From positions 704,001-768,000 of the forward strand of contig CAVSIV010000001.1 in NCBI GenBank assembly GCA_963728205.1: DNA of 64,000 nt, read 5' to 3'. The position numbers and the translations under genes are program-made. This DNA comes from an uncultured Chloroflexia bacterium. Lineage in GTDB: Bacteria; Chloroflexota; Dehalococcoidia; UBA2979. Shown piece by piece: positions 25,727 through 36,542 of this stretch (the first letter of the stretch is position 1; each line of letters opens with the position of its first letter). The notes below the pieces were generated by a model that saw nothing but the letters and a program-made list of their open reading frames with translations, had not been told where the DNA came from and ran no database searches.

Positions 25727-28396
25727 GATGCCAGCGCCTCGATGTCCTGCTTCGTGATCCTGGCGACGCGGCGGTCGTGCTGCCGCAGCGATGCGAGGTC
25801 GCCCAGGGCCTGTGCGTGCTTCAGCTCGCCGAAGGTGTACGGGCGACCGGGAATCGGCAGGTCCGTGCGGTCGTCCGGGATGTAGGTGAGGAAGACGCCC
25901 GTGTTCGGGCCGCCCTTGTGCAGCTGCCCGGTCGAGTGCAGGAACGACGGCCCGTAGCCCACCGTCGTGGCGACGTGGTAGCGGTCGCGCAGCTTCAGGC
26001 GGGCCGCCTCGAGTCGCGCGTCCAGCGTCGGCGTCTGCCGCGCGTACGCGAGCAGCGCGATGTAGTCGCCGGGGCGGACGCTGTCGAGCACCTCGCCGTA
26101 CGGCGGCGTCTGCGGGTCGGGATGCTCGTTGCCCGAGAGGATCTTCGCGGTGGCGTCCTTCGCCTCCTGCACGTTCGGCTGGTTGAACGGGTGGATGCCG
26201 ATGATGTGGCCGGCGACGGCGGTCGCGAACTCCCAGCGGAAGAACTCGGATCCGAGCTGGATGCGGTCGCGCAGCGGGATGCGGACGACGGGATGACCGG
26301 CGCCCTCGAGCTCGTCGAGCGCGTAGCCGGGCGTGTCGCCGACGGCGACGAAGAGCCGGTCGTCGCCGTAGACGGCGGGCTTTCCGAGCGGCTCACCGGT
26401 CACGGGGAGGATGCCCTTGCCGTGCTTGCCGGTGGACTCGGCGATCAGCTGCTCAATCCACATGCCGAGCGCCGCGACGCGCGGGTCGAGCACGAGCGTC
26501 AGCTTGTCGCGCCCGGCGAGCGCCGCTTCGCCGAGCACGGAGCCGAGCCACGCGCCGGGGTTGTCGGCCATCGGGACGCAGGCGTGGCACGCCTGGTGAA
26601 CCTCGTGCGCGCGTTCGATGAGCTCCTGTACCGGCACGCCGCACAGCGCGGCCGGCACGAGCCCGAAGTAAGAGAGCGCGGAGTAGCGTCCGCCGATGTT
26701 CGCGCCGCCGCTGAGCGGTCCGCCGTCCGCCGAGTGCGCGAACACCTGCCGGAAGTTGCGCTCGCGGGCGACCTGCTCCAGCGGCGTCCCCTGGTCGGTG
26801 ATCGCGATGAAGTGGCGGCCGTCCGGGATGCGGTTCCAGAAGTAGTCGAGCAGCGCGCGCGTCTCGGTGGTCGTGCCCGACTTGCTGGAGACGACGAACA
26901 GCGTCTGGCGCAGCGTCAGCCGCGAGTCCGCCGCGTGAATGGCCGCCGGGTCGGTGGTGGAGAGCACCTTCAGGCTCATGGCGCGGCGCGAGCGTCCGAA
27001 GGTCTCCCCCATCACCTCCGGCGCGAGGCTCGAGCCACCCATGCCGAGCAGCACGACGTTGCGGTAGCCCTCGTCGTGGACGCCGGTGGCGAACGCCTCG
27101 AGGCGGCCGACCTCCTCCGACATGTCGTCGTCGATCTCGAGCCAGCCCAGGCGGTCGGTGATCTCCTCGGGGCTGTCGCTCCAGACGGTGTGATCGGCCT
27201 CCCAGATGCGCCGCACCACCTCCTGCTTGCCGAGCCGGTCGATGCGCTCGTGGACGGCCGACTCGATCGGTCCGAGGTGCCCGCCGGCCTGCAGCCAGCG
27301 GTTCGCGCCGGCCTCCATGGCTTCTTCGATGCAGCCCGAGCAGCCGGTGGAAGTCGTCGGCGAACGACTGGAGGCCCTCCTCCAGCAGCTCGTCCGTGAC
27401 CTGGCGCATGTTCACGCCGGCGTTGCCGAGCTTGCGCAGCGTCCCCTCGGCCTCGGACATCGTCGCAGGCGTGATCGCGGTCTTCGCGGTGCCGTGATCG
27501 GCGAACGCGCGCAGGGTCTTCTCCGGCATCGTGTTCACGGTGTGCGGCGCCGCCAGCCCGTCGATGTACATCACGTCGGAGTACGACGGGTCCTTCGTCG
27601 ACGTCGACGCCCACAGCGGGCGTTGCACGCGCGCGCCGGACGCGGCGAGCCGCTCCCAGCGGCGCCCGCTGAAGAGCTCCTTGAAGCGCCGGTAGGCGAC
27701 GCGCGCGTTGGCGATGCCGGCCTGCCCGCGCAGCGGCGAGTCGTCCGGCAGCATCCCGTCGACCTTGGTGTCGACGCGCGACACGAAGAACGACGCGACG
27801 CTCCCGATGCGGTCGATCGGCTGCCCGGCAGCGAGCCGGCGCTCGAGGCCGCGCAGGTACGCCTCGGCGACCTCGACGTAGCGTTCGACGCTGAACAGCA
27901 GCGTGATGTTGATGTTGATGCCGTCGGCGATCAGCTGCTCCACGGCGCGGACGCCGACCTCCGTGCCCGGCACCTTGATCATGACGTTGGGCCGGTCGAA
28001 CGCGCCGAACAGCCGGCGCACCTCGCCGACGAGCCGGTCGTAGTCGTTCTCCACGCCGGGCGGCGCCTCGTGCGAGACGAAGCCGTCCTCGCCCTTCGTC
28101 GCGTCGTACTGCGGGCGGAAGGCGTCGGCCGCGGCGCGGATGTCGTCGATCGCGAGCGAAAGGAACGCCTCGTACGGGTCGTTCTGGCCGGAGCGGGCGA
28201 GCTCCTCCAGCGCTTCGTCGTAGTCCGTGGAGCCGGAGATGGCCTTCGCGAAGATGGTGGGGTTGGAGGTCAGGCCCGTGATCCAGCCGTCGTCGATGTA
28301 GCGCTGCAGGTCGCCCGACTCGATGAACGCGCGGCGGATGAAGTCGAGCCAGGGGCTCTGACCGAGTGAGCGGAGGGCGTCGATGGTCTCGGGCAT
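25723..28396 (-). CDS. tal: Bifunctional transaldolase / glucose-6-phosphate isomerase (one +1 frameshift near 27336)
   Basis: Tal motifs GQSPWLD, GLTSNPTIF, NVMIKVPGT, SFFVSRVD, RPLWAST. Pgi motifs GMGGSSL, SSKSGTT, GGRYS, EQLIAESTGK, FNQPNV, HSTGQLHKGG. The Tal frame has no stop of its own before the Pgi part. Confidence 0.88.
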
Positions 28397-28400
28397 GGCT

Positions 28401-28862
28401 TCATTCCGTCCGCTTCTGAGTCCGGGATTCGATCGCGCGGATCTTCTCCAGGCGGCGCACGTGGCGTTCGGCGCCGGAGAATTCCGCGGCAAGGAAACGC
28501 GTCACCAGCTCCTCGGCGAGGCGCGGTCCGATCACGCGCGCGCCGAGGCAGATGACGTTCGCGTCATCGTCTTCGACCGCCTGGTGCGCGGAGAAGCTGT
28601 CATGGCAGACCCCCGCGCGGATCCCGGCGATCTTGTTCGCGGCCACCGAGGCGCCGACGCCGCTCCCGCAGAGCAGCACGCCGCGCTCGGCCTCGCCGCG
28701 CAGGATGGCGTTCGCGACGTCCTCCGCCGTGTCCGGGTAGTCCACCGGTTTCGTATCGAACGTCCCGACGTCGACCACCTCGTGTCCGGCGGCCTCGATC
28801 GCGGCGATCACAAACGCCTTCAGCGGAAACCCGGCGTGGTCGGTTCCGACGACGACGCGCAC
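28401..28862 (-). CDS. rpiB: Ribose-5-phosphate isomerase B
   Basis: Motifs GTDHAG, VDYPD, CGSGVGASVAANK, ANVICLG, RHVRRLEKI. Confidence 0.95.
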   Translation of the reverse strand: MRVVVGTDHAGFPLKAFVIAAIEAAGHEVVDVGTFDTKPVDYPDTAEDVANAILRGEAERGVLLCGSGVGASVAANKIAGIRAGVCHDSFSAHQAVEDDDANVICLGARVIGPRLAEELVTRFLAAEFSGAERHVRRLEKIRAIESRTQKRTE

Positions 28863-29006
28863 GGCGGTCAGTCCGCCCGTCTCGCGCCGCGGCCGGCGCG
28901 CGCGCCGAGCGCGCCTGCTCGCCGCTGGTCTCGCAGGCAGCCGCTCACGTCACCTCCGCATGAGCGGGGAATGCGCCGTCGTGCGGCCGATTCCCCTCTC
29001 GTTCCA

Positions 29007-29960
29007 TCATGCACCTGCGGTCCAGACGGCGTGCGGCGGCGGCGTGTCGCCCGGCCGCGCGAACCGCAGCTCCCGCATGTGCCCCGCGGCGACGTCCTGC
29101 CACAGCGCGAAGGCGCCGCGCAGGCCGACGTCGTCGCCGGCGCTCGCGACCACGACGTCCGGTTCGATCGCCAGGCGGGGCCCTTCGCGCGCGACGCGCT
29201 CGCGCACGGGCGCGAGCAGCAGGTCGCCGGCCAGCGACGCGCCGCCGCCGATGACGACGCGCTCCGGCATGAAGCAGAAGACCGCGTTCACGATGCCGAC
29301 CGCGAGCGCCGCGCCGACCTCCGCGAACACCGCCAGCGCGGCGGCGTCGCCGGCGAGCGCGCGGCGCGTGGCCTCGGCGCCGTCGAGCCCGGACAGCCGC
29401 TCGACCGCGCTCCCGGAGGCGAGCGCCTCGAGCGCGGTGCCGGCGCGCCAGTCGATGGTGGTCCAGCCGATCTCGGCGAGCGAGCGGCGGCCGTGCAGCA
29501 GCAGGCCGTTGAGGATGACGCCGCCGCCGACGCTCGTGCTCGAGGTCACGTAGAGCATGTCGCGCGTACCCCGGCCGGCTCCGAAGCGGTGCTCGCCGAG
29601 CGCGGCGAGGTCGGCGTCGTTCGCGACGAGCGCCGGCAGGCCGAGCGCGCCGGCGAGCGTCGCGGCGTCGACGAAGCCCTCCCAGCGCGGGAGGTGCGGG
29701 AGGTGGAAGGCGCGACCTTCGGCGTAGGAGAGCGGGCCGGGCACGCCGATCACGAAGGCGTCGACCGGTACGGGCGAGTCGGCGAGCAACGCCTGCGCGA
29801 AGCGGATGAGGGCGGCCGGGTCGTCGACCGGCGTGTCGTAGCGCTCGTGGCGGACGATCGTGCCGTCGGCGTCGAAGACGGCCAGCCGCAGGTGCGTGCC
29901 GCCGAGGTCGCCGGCGAGCATGCCCGGCGCCGTCCCCGGCGCATCGCCACCCGTGGTCAT
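29007..29960 (-). CDS. ROK family sugar kinase (glucokinase-like)
   Basis: Motifs DLGGT, GVPGP, NDADLAALGE, EIG, LEALASG, VIGGG. Confidence 0.85.
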   Translation of the reverse strand: MTTGGDAPGTAPGMLAGDLGGTHLRLAVFDADGTIVRHERYDTPVDDPAALIRFAQALLADSPVPVDAFVIGVPGPLSYAEGRAFHLPHLPRWEGFVDAATLAGALGLPALVANDADLAALGEHRFGAGRGTRDMLYVTSSTSVGGGVILNGLLLHGRRSLAEIGWTTIDWRAGTALEALASGSAVERLSGLDGAEATRRALAGDAAALAVFAEVGAALAVGIVNAVFCFMPERVVIGGGASLAGDLLLAPVRERVAREGPRLAIEPDVVVASAGDDVGLRGAFALWQDVAAGHMRELRFARPGDTPPPHAVWTAGA

Positions 29961-30089
29961 CGATCGCTCCTCGTCGCGCGCGCCGCTCCCGGGCGCTGCG
30001 GGCCGATCTCAGCCTACGCGCACCCGTCGTGTGGCGAGAGTGGCCGTGGGCATCCGTGCCGACCGCGGGGCGAGTGCAGGCGAGCGCGG

Positions 30090-30287
30090 TCAGACGGAGG
30101 CGGGGCGGTCGGGGTAGCGATGCTCGAGCCAGAGCATCACGGCCGCCAGCACGACGCCGGCGCCGGCGCCGATCGCGATGCCGACGAGCACACGGCCCGG
30201 GTCGAAGCGGATGAACAGGTAGATGAGGAACGCGACCGTGAATCCGACGAGGAAGTAGAGCGTCGCCTGTCGGATCGTGCGCCACAT
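30090..30287 (-). CDS. 65-aa two-TM membrane protein
   Basis: MWRTIRQATLYFLVGFTVAFLIYLFIRFDPGRVLVGIAIGAGAGVVLAAVMLWLEHRYPDRPASV. TATACT lies 6 nt upstream of the ATG (leaderless-type promoter). Confidence 0.7.
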   Translation of the reverse strand: MWRTIRQATLYFLVGFTVAFLIYLFIRFDPGRVLVGIAIGAGAGVVLAAVMLWLEHRYPDRPASV

Positions 30288-30355
30288 GTCGCGAGTATAT
30301 GGGACGAGCCGCGGGCCCCGCCGGGGCGCGCGCCGGCTCGGCGCCCGGACGCCCG

Positions 30356-30724
30356 CTACCGCACGCCCATCTTCAGGTTGCGGATCTGCTCGCGGTGGAT
30401 CAGGCGCGCGAGCTTCTCGCGCGTCTTCGCATCGATCGCGTCGAAGCGCACGCCGATCAGGCGGCGCGACGTGTACTCGCTGTCGGAAACCCAGACGATC
30501 AGTCCCTCGACCTCGAAGTACTCGCCCGCGAGCGAGAAGGTCACCGTGACGGACTCGCTGGTGTTCACGGGCTCGCGCACGTGCAGCTTCAGGCCTCCGA
30601 GACTGACGTCGAGGACCAGCGGATCGCTGAACTCCAGCATCGACCCGTCGCGCAGGCTCTTGTACGCGTGGGTGGCGGGAATCGACACCTGCAGCCGGTA
30701 GAAGTTGCGGTTGTCTCGAGGCAT
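30356..30724 (-). CDS. Stand-alone PilZ domain protein
   Basis: RxxxR motif (RNFYR), DxSxGG motif (DVSLGG) and GVRF. GAGGA SD before ATG 30724. Confidence 0.88.
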   Translation of the reverse strand: MPRDNRNFYRLQVSIPATHAYKSLRDGSMLEFSDPLVLDVSLGGLKLHVREPVNTSESVTVTFSLAGEYFEVEGLIVWVSDSEYTSRRLIGVRFDAIDAKTREKLARLIHREQIRNLKMGVR

Positions 30725-30956
30725 CGTCCTCGCAGCCCTCTGATCCCAGCTTCGCCGCTCTCGATCGGAGCATCGGCAGCCGAGAAGCGGCTCCACAGGG
30801 TATCGCGGACGTGTACGACGTCTGGAATAGCGGGTTCGGGCGGACTCGCCGGGAGACGGCCGCCGTCGGGCGTACCGCGCGGCTCTGTTATCCTCCGCCC
30901 GCCGGCAGATTCGGCCGGCTCCTTCCCGCTCGCATGCGCCCATCGAGGGAGGTCGC

Positions 30957-32034
30957 TTGGAGATCGTTCCCGGCTTGCACCGGCTGCGCACCCCGATGAC
31001 CAGCAAGGCCCTGCCCTGGATCATGCCCTACGCGTTCGAGGGGCCCGACGGGGTGTCGCTGTTCGACTCCGGCTACGGCACGCCCGAGGCGACCGAGTGG
31101 CTCACCCAGCAACTCCACGGCATCGGCTACGCGCCGTCGGACATCCAGCGGCTCATCGTGTCGCACGGACACCCGGATCACGTCGGCATGGCTGCGTGGA
31201 TCAAGGAGCAGTCGCCGGGCTGCGAGCTCGATCATGCTGAGCCGCGAGGCCGACTGGTTCTCCCACATGCACCGCCACTCGCACCACCCGGGCGACGCCG
31301 ACTTCGCCGGCCGCATGCGCTCCTGGCTCGTGCGCCACGGCGTCCCGGCGGCCGACGCGGACGAGAGCTTCCGACGCGAAGAGCACCGCCATAGCTCGGG
31401 CGACGACAACCAGGACTCCGGCGACGTCTCGACGGAGACCGAGCGCCGGTCCTGGTCGATGAATGACGTGCCGGTGGACCGGCGCATCGAGGACGGCGAC
31501 CTGCTCGAGTTCGACGGCTGGCGGCTGCAGGCGCTGTGGACGCCGGGGCACACGCCGGGCCACCTCTGCGTCTACGAGCCGGCGCACCGCCTGATGTTCA
31601 CCGGCGACCACGTGCTGTCGCGCATCACGCCGAACGTCTCGCTCTCGGAGGACGACGAGCTGAGCGGTCGGCGGCCTCTCGAGGAGTTCCTCGACTCGCT
31701 CGAGAAGGTGGCGCGCTGCGACACGCGGCTCGCGCTGCCCGCGCACGAGGACCTGATCGAGGACCTGCCGGCGCGCTGCGCGGCCATCCGCGATCACCAC
31801 GACGACCGGCTCGAGGAGGTGCTCGAGGGCATCGAGGACGAGCCGGCGTCGGCGAGCGAGATCTCCTCGCGCGTGACGTGGAACAAGCCGTACGAGACGT
31901 TCAACGTCTTCAAGAAGCGGTCGGCGCTCGGCGAGACGCTGGCGCATCTGCAACTGCTCGAGGTGCACGGCCGCGTGCGTCGGCTGGAGCCGGGCGACGA
32001 CGGCGTCGTGCGCTGGGACGTCACCGAGGACTGA
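30957..32034 (+). CDS. MBL-fold metallo-hydrolase with C-terminal winged helix (one +1 frameshift near 31229)
   Basis: Motifs SHGHPDH, TPGHTPGH, FTGDHVL, LPAH, GETLAHL. TTG start follows GAGGGAGG. Confidence 0.85.
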
Positions 32035-32054
32035 CGCCGCCGGGAGGCGCGACG

Positions 32055-33035
32055 ATGGCGGACGCGACGCAGGGCCTCTACGCCTCCGCTCGCTTCTTCG
32101 CCCGATTCGACGCCGACCTCAGGCGCATCGAGCAGGCGACGGGCGTCGCGTTCGAGCGCATCGCCGTCCCCGAGGAGGGCCGCCTCGACGAGGCGACGCT
32201 CGCGCGCATCGAGCTCGCGTTCTTCTCGGGCGACGTCCAGCAGTCGCCGGCCACGATGCGTCGCTTCTACGGCCCGGTGCGGCTCGCGCGGAACCTGCGG
32301 TGGCTGCACGTCGCGCACGCCGGGACCGACGCGCCGATCTACGCGGAGCTGATGGCGCGCGGCGTGCGCGTGACCACGTCGTCGGGCGACACGGCGGTGC
32401 CGATCGCGCAGACGGCGATCGCAGGTCTGCTGATGCTGGCGCGCGGCTTCCCGCGCTGGATCGACGCCCAGCGCCGGCATGCGTGGGAGGAGCACCCGCG
32501 CGACGCGCTGCCCGACGACCTCGCCGGCCAGACGCTCGTCGTGATCGGCGTGGGTGCGATCGGCAACGAGATCGCGCGGCTGGCGCGCGCGCTGGGCCTG
32601 CGCGTGATCGGCGTGCGGCGCAGCCCACAGCGGCCCGAGGACGACGTCGACGAGCTGCGGCCGCCGAGCGCGCTGCCCGACCTCTACCCGCGCGCGCAGT
32701 GGCTGGCGATCGCGTGTCCGCTGACCGACGAGACGCGGGGGCTGGTCGACGCGGCGGCGCTCGCCGCGCTGCCGTCGGGGGCGCGCGTGCTCAACGTCGC
32801 GCGCGGCGCGATCGTCGACGAGGACGCGCTGATCGCGGCGCTCAGCGCGGGACGGCTCGGCGGCGCGTACCTCGACGTGATGCGCGAGGAGCCGCTGCCG
32901 GCGGACTCGCCGCTGTGGGATCTGCGGAACGTCGTCCTCACGCCGCACGACTCGTCGGCGTCGAGCGGCAACGCCGCGCGCACGAACGCGCGGTTCCTGC
33001 GGAACCTCGACCGCTGGGCGCGCGGGGAGTTGTAG
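32055..33035 (+). CDS. D-2-hydroxyacid dehydrogenase family protein
   Basis: Motifs GVGAIG, CPLTDETRGL, NVARG, LDV..EPL, TPH. Confidence 0.9.
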   Translation: MADATQGLYASARFFARFDADLRRIEQATGVAFERIAVPEEGRLDEATLARIELAFFSGDVQQSPATMRRFYGPVRLARNLRWLHVAHAGTDAPIYAELMARGVRVTTSSGDTAVPIAQTAIAGLLMLARGFPRWIDAQRRHAWEEHPRDALPDDLAGQTLVVIGVGAIGNEIARLARALGLRVIGVRRSPQRPEDDVDELRPPSALPDLYPRAQWLAIACPLTDETRGLVDAAALAALPSGARVLNVARGAIVDEDALIAALSAGRLGGAYLDVMREEPLPADSPLWDLRNVVLTPHDSSASSGNAARTNARFLRNLDRWARGEL

Positions 33036-33079
33036 AGAGCGAGGCCGCGGGGCGGTCGCGCGGCCGTCACTCGCGGCCG

Positions 33080-34078
33080 TCACTCCATCGTCAGCACCGG
33101 GGTGCGCTCGCCGCCTTCGCGGTCCATGCGCTCCAGCGCCGCGTTCGCGTCCGCCAGCGGCGCGGTGTCGTACAGCGTGCGCACGGGGAGCCGCGCGGCC
33201 AGCGCAAGGAACTCGCGCGCGTCGGCGCGCGTGTAGTTCGCGACGCTCTTGATCGACCGCTCGAGCCAGAGCATGTCGTAGTCAAACTGCGGGACGCGGT
33301 CGAGGTGGATCGCGTTGACGACCACCGTCCCCCCGCGATCCATCGCGCGCAGCGCCTCGACGATCACCTCGCCGACCGGCGCGAACGTCACCGCGGCGTC
33401 GAGCGGCACGGGGGGCACGTCGTCGGTGCCGCCGGCCCACGTCGCGCCGAAGTCGCGCGCCTGCCGCTGGCCGGCCTCGCCGCGCGTCACGACGTAGACC
33501 TCGCTGCCCCAGTGCAGCGCGACCTGGATCGCGAGGCGGGCGGAGTTGCCGAAGCCGTACAGGCCGAGGCGCCCGCCGCGCTCGGCGCCGGCGAGCTTGA
33601 GCGCCCGGTACCCGATCACGCCGCCGCAGAGGAGCGGGGCGGCGTCGAGGTCGTCGAAGCCGTCGGGCAGGTGGAAGGCGAAGTCGGCGCGCGACGTCAT
33701 CACGCCGGCGTACCCGCCGTCGCGGTCCCAGCCCGTGAAGCGCGCGTCGCGGCAGAGGTTCTCCACGCCGCGCCGACAGAAGTCGCAGTTGCCGCAGGCC
33801 GACGCGAGCCAGCCGACGCCGGCGCGATCGCCGACCGACCAGCCGTCGACGCCGTCGCCCACGGCATCGACACGGCCGACCACCTGGTGGCCCGGGATCA
33901 CCGGCAGCGCGTGCGCCTGCAGGTCGCCGGTGACGAGCTGGAGGTCGGTGCGGCAGACGCCGCACGCGGTCACGCGCAGGCGCAGTTCGCCGGGGCCCGG
34001 CTCGGGGTCGGCGCGCTCGACCGCGCGAAGTGGCCGCTCCGCGATGGGCGCGGGCCGGGCGAGTTCCTGCGCGTGCAT
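33080..34078 (-). CDS. Zinc-dependent alcohol dehydrogenase family protein
   Basis: Motifs CGVCRTD, PGHQVVG, CGNCDFC...C, APLLCGG, LYGFG. Confidence 0.9.
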   Translation of the reverse strand: MHAQELARPAPIAERPLRAVERADPEPGPGELRLRVTACGVCRTDLQLVTGDLQAHALPVIPGHQVVGRVDAVGDGVDGWSVGDRAGVGWLASACGNCDFCRRGVENLCRDARFTGWDRDGGYAGVMTSRADFAFHLPDGFDDLDAAPLLCGGVIGYRALKLAGAERGGRLGLYGFGNSARLAIQVALHWGSEVYVVTRGEAGQRQARDFGATWAGGTDDVPPVPLDAAVTFAPVGEVIVEALRAMDRGGTVVVNAIHLDRVPQFDYDMLWLERSIKSVANYTRADAREFLALAARLPVRTLYDTAPLADANAALERMDREGGERTPVLTME

Positions 34079-34128
34079 CGCACCCATGCTACGCGGCACC
34101 CCGATCGCCGCGCCGCGATCGTCACACT

Positions 34129-34232
34129 TCGAGCCGGGAGCGGCAGCGACCGGATCGGCACGGGGCGGGTCCCCGCCGCCGGGGGTATCCGCCGCGGGGG
34201 GCGCGATCCGGTCGCTGCCGCTCCCGGCTCGA
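34129..34232. repeat. Perfect 29-bp inverted repeat (REPIN-like) between divergent promoters
   Basis: TCGAGCCGGGAGCGGCAGCGACCGGATCG at 34129-34157 and its exact reverse complement at 34204-34232. Confidence 0.88.
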
Positions 34233-34273
34233 CGGTGGCGATTGGGATGTGACGGTCCGCTAGCCTCGATCGC

Positions 34274-35341
34274 ATGACGAACCCGCCCGCCGAGCCGCTC
34301 GCGCCCGCCGACGTCCTCGAGCGCATCGCGTTCCGCCTCGAGGTCGCCGGCGCCCCGCGCTACCGGGCGCGGGTCTTCCGGCGCGCGGCCGCCGCCGTCG
34401 CGGCCTGCGACCCGGACGAGCTGCGTGCGCTCGCCGCCGGCGGGCGGCTCGACCGGCTCCCCGGCGTCGGCGCGGTGACGGCCGCGATCGTCGCCGAGGC
34501 GCTGGCGGGCGAGCGGCCGCGCTACCTCGTCGCGCTCGAGGCGGCCGACGCGCGCCTGGCCGCCGAGACCGCGGACGGCGCCGCGCTGTGCGACGCGTTG
34601 CGCGGTGACTGCCACGTGCACTCCGACTGGTCCGACGGCCGCGCCCCGATCCGCGCGATGGCCGAGGCGGCGCGCGACCTCGGGCACGACTACATCGTGC
34701 TCACCGACCACTCGCCCAGCCTCAAGGTGGCGCGCGGCCTCAGCCCCGCGCGGCTGCGCGAGGAGCTCGACGTCGTCGCCGCGCTGAACGCGGAGCTCGC
34801 GCCGTTCCGCATCCTCACCGGCATCGAGGTCGACATCCTGGAGGACGGCGCGCTCGACCAGGAGGACGAGCTGCTCGCGCGGCTCGACGTGGTCGTCGGC
34901 AGCGTCCACAGCAAGCTGCGCATGCCCGCCGCGGCGATGACGGAGCGGCTGGTGGCAGCGCTCGCGAACCCGCACCTCGACGTCCTCGGCCACTGCACCG
35001 GGCGCATGCGCCGCCGGCGCGGCGACCGGCCGGAGTCGGAGTTCGACGCCGAGGCCGTGTTCGCCGCGGCCGCGTGGCACGGGAAGGCGATCGAGGTGAA
35101 CGCGCAGCCCGCGCGTCGCGACCCGCCGCGCCGGCTGATCCGCGCCGCGGCGGCGGCCGGCTGTCGCTTCGCGGTCGACAGCGACGCGCACGTCCCCGGC
35201 GAGCTCGCGTGGCTGCCGTACGCGTGCGATCGGCTCGCGTCGTGCGGCGTCGGCGCGGACCGCGTCGTGAATGCCGGCGACGCGGAGTCGCTGCGCGCGT
35301 GGACGGCCGCGCACGCGACGGCCGCGCCGGAACGCCGCTAG
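34274..35341 (+). CDS. PolX-derived HhH + PHP domain protein lacking the polymerase core
   Basis: N-terminal PolX 8-kDa-like region (IAFRLE...RARVFRRAA; HhH LPGVG). PHP motifs DCHVHSDWSDG, TDHS, GIEVDI, SVHS, GHCTGR, DSDAH. Confidence 0.85.
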   Translation: MTNPPAEPLAPADVLERIAFRLEVAGAPRYRARVFRRAAAAVAACDPDELRALAAGGRLDRLPGVGAVTAAIVAEALAGERPRYLVALEAADARLAAETADGAALCDALRGDCHVHSDWSDGRAPIRAMAEAARDLGHDYIVLTDHSPSLKVARGLSPARLREELDVVAALNAELAPFRILTGIEVDILEDGALDQEDELLARLDVVVGSVHSKLRMPAAAMTERLVAALANPHLDVLGHCTGRMRRRRGDRPESEFDAEAVFAAAAWHGKAIEVNAQPARRDPPRRLIRAAAAAGCRFAVDSDAHVPGELAWLPYACDRLASCGVGADRVVNAGDAESLRAWTAAHATAAPERR

Positions 35342-35351
35342 GCTGCCGCGC

Positions 35352-36406
35352 ATGACGTCGCCGCGCCTCGACCTGCCGCTGCAGCCGCCGATCGAGCCGA
35401 TGCTCGCCAAGCGCGTCGACGCCATCCCGGCGGGCGACGGCTGGCTCTACGAGCCGAAGTGGGACGGCTTCCGCGCGATCGTGTTCTTCGACGGCGCGCG
35501 CATCTACCTGCAGAGCCGCGACCGCAGGCCGTTCGCGCGCTACTTCCCCGAGCTCGAGCGGGAGCTGCCGGGGCACCTCGGCGCCGCCGGCGTGTACGAC
35601 GGCGAGATCGTGATCGCCGGCCCGGACGGGCTCGACTTCGACGCGCTGCAGCAGCGCATCCACCCCGCGGCGTCGCGCGTCGCGATGCTGGCCGAGGCGA
35701 CGCCGGCGACGTTCGTCGCGTTCGACCTGCTCGCGACGGCAGAGGCCTCGCTGCTCGCCGCGCCGTTCGCCGAGCGCCGCACGCGGCTCGAGGCGGCGCT
35801 CGCGCACGCGCGCGGCCCGCTGCGCCTCACCCCCGCGACGCGCGACGCCGCGGAGGCAGGCGACTGGTTCGACCGCTTCGAGGGCGCCGGCTTCGACGGC
35901 GTGATCGCGAAGCCGCTCGACGGCGCCTACGAGCCGGGCGTGCGCGCGATGTTCAAGATCAAGCACGTGCGCGACGTCGACTGCGTGGTCGCGGGTCTGC
36001 GCTGGGCGAAGGGCGAAGAGGGCACGGCGGTGGGGTCGCTGCTGCTGGGGCTCTACGACGCGAGGGCACGCTGCAGTACGTCGGGCACACGTCGAGCTTC
36101 AAGGCGCCGGAGCGGCGCGGGCTGGCGCGGGAGCTCGCGTCGCTGTTCAGCGAGGACGAGACGCAGGGCTTCGGCGGCGGTCGCACGCCCGGCGGCGAAA
36201 GCCGGTGGTCGCGCGGCAAGGACACGTCGTGGGTGCGGCTGCGCCCGGAGCTCGTGTGCGAGGTGGCGTTCGACCAGCTGCAGTCGGCGCGCTTCCGCCA
36301 CGGCGCGACATTCCGTCGCTGGCGGCCGGACAAGCCGCCCGAGGCGTGCACGTTCGACCAGCTGGAGGTCGCGCCGCCGGCGGAGCTGGCGCAGCTATTT
36401 GGCTAG
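35352..36406 (+). CDS. ligC: ATP-dependent DNA ligase, LigC type (one missing base near 36060)
   Basis: Motifs PMLAK, YEPKWDGFR, DGEIV, QQRIHPAASRV, FVAFDLL, DGVIAK, MFKIK, DCVVAG, RFRHG..F.RWRPDK. Confidence 0.88.
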
Positions 36407-36542
36407 CGGTGAGCAGGGGGCATGCGCCCGCTGTCTCCGGTGGCGTTTTCTTCGCAGCGTCACCTCGGGCCCCGGGGCGCATGAGGCGATCACGTCGCGC
36501 CGGGTCACCCGGTTCGACTCGGGGCCGCCGAGAACAGCGGGC

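Noticed and set aside
27320-27350. Programmed frameshift between tal and pgi
   Set aside because: There is no slippery sequence. Tal-Pgi fusions are known, and one extra G explains the break, like other indels in the window.
28868-28957. 26-codon ORF with a GGAGGTGA SD just upstream of rpiB
   Set aside because: It is low-complexity and one base out of frame with rpiB. It cannot be told apart from an indel-split N-terminal extension or chance.
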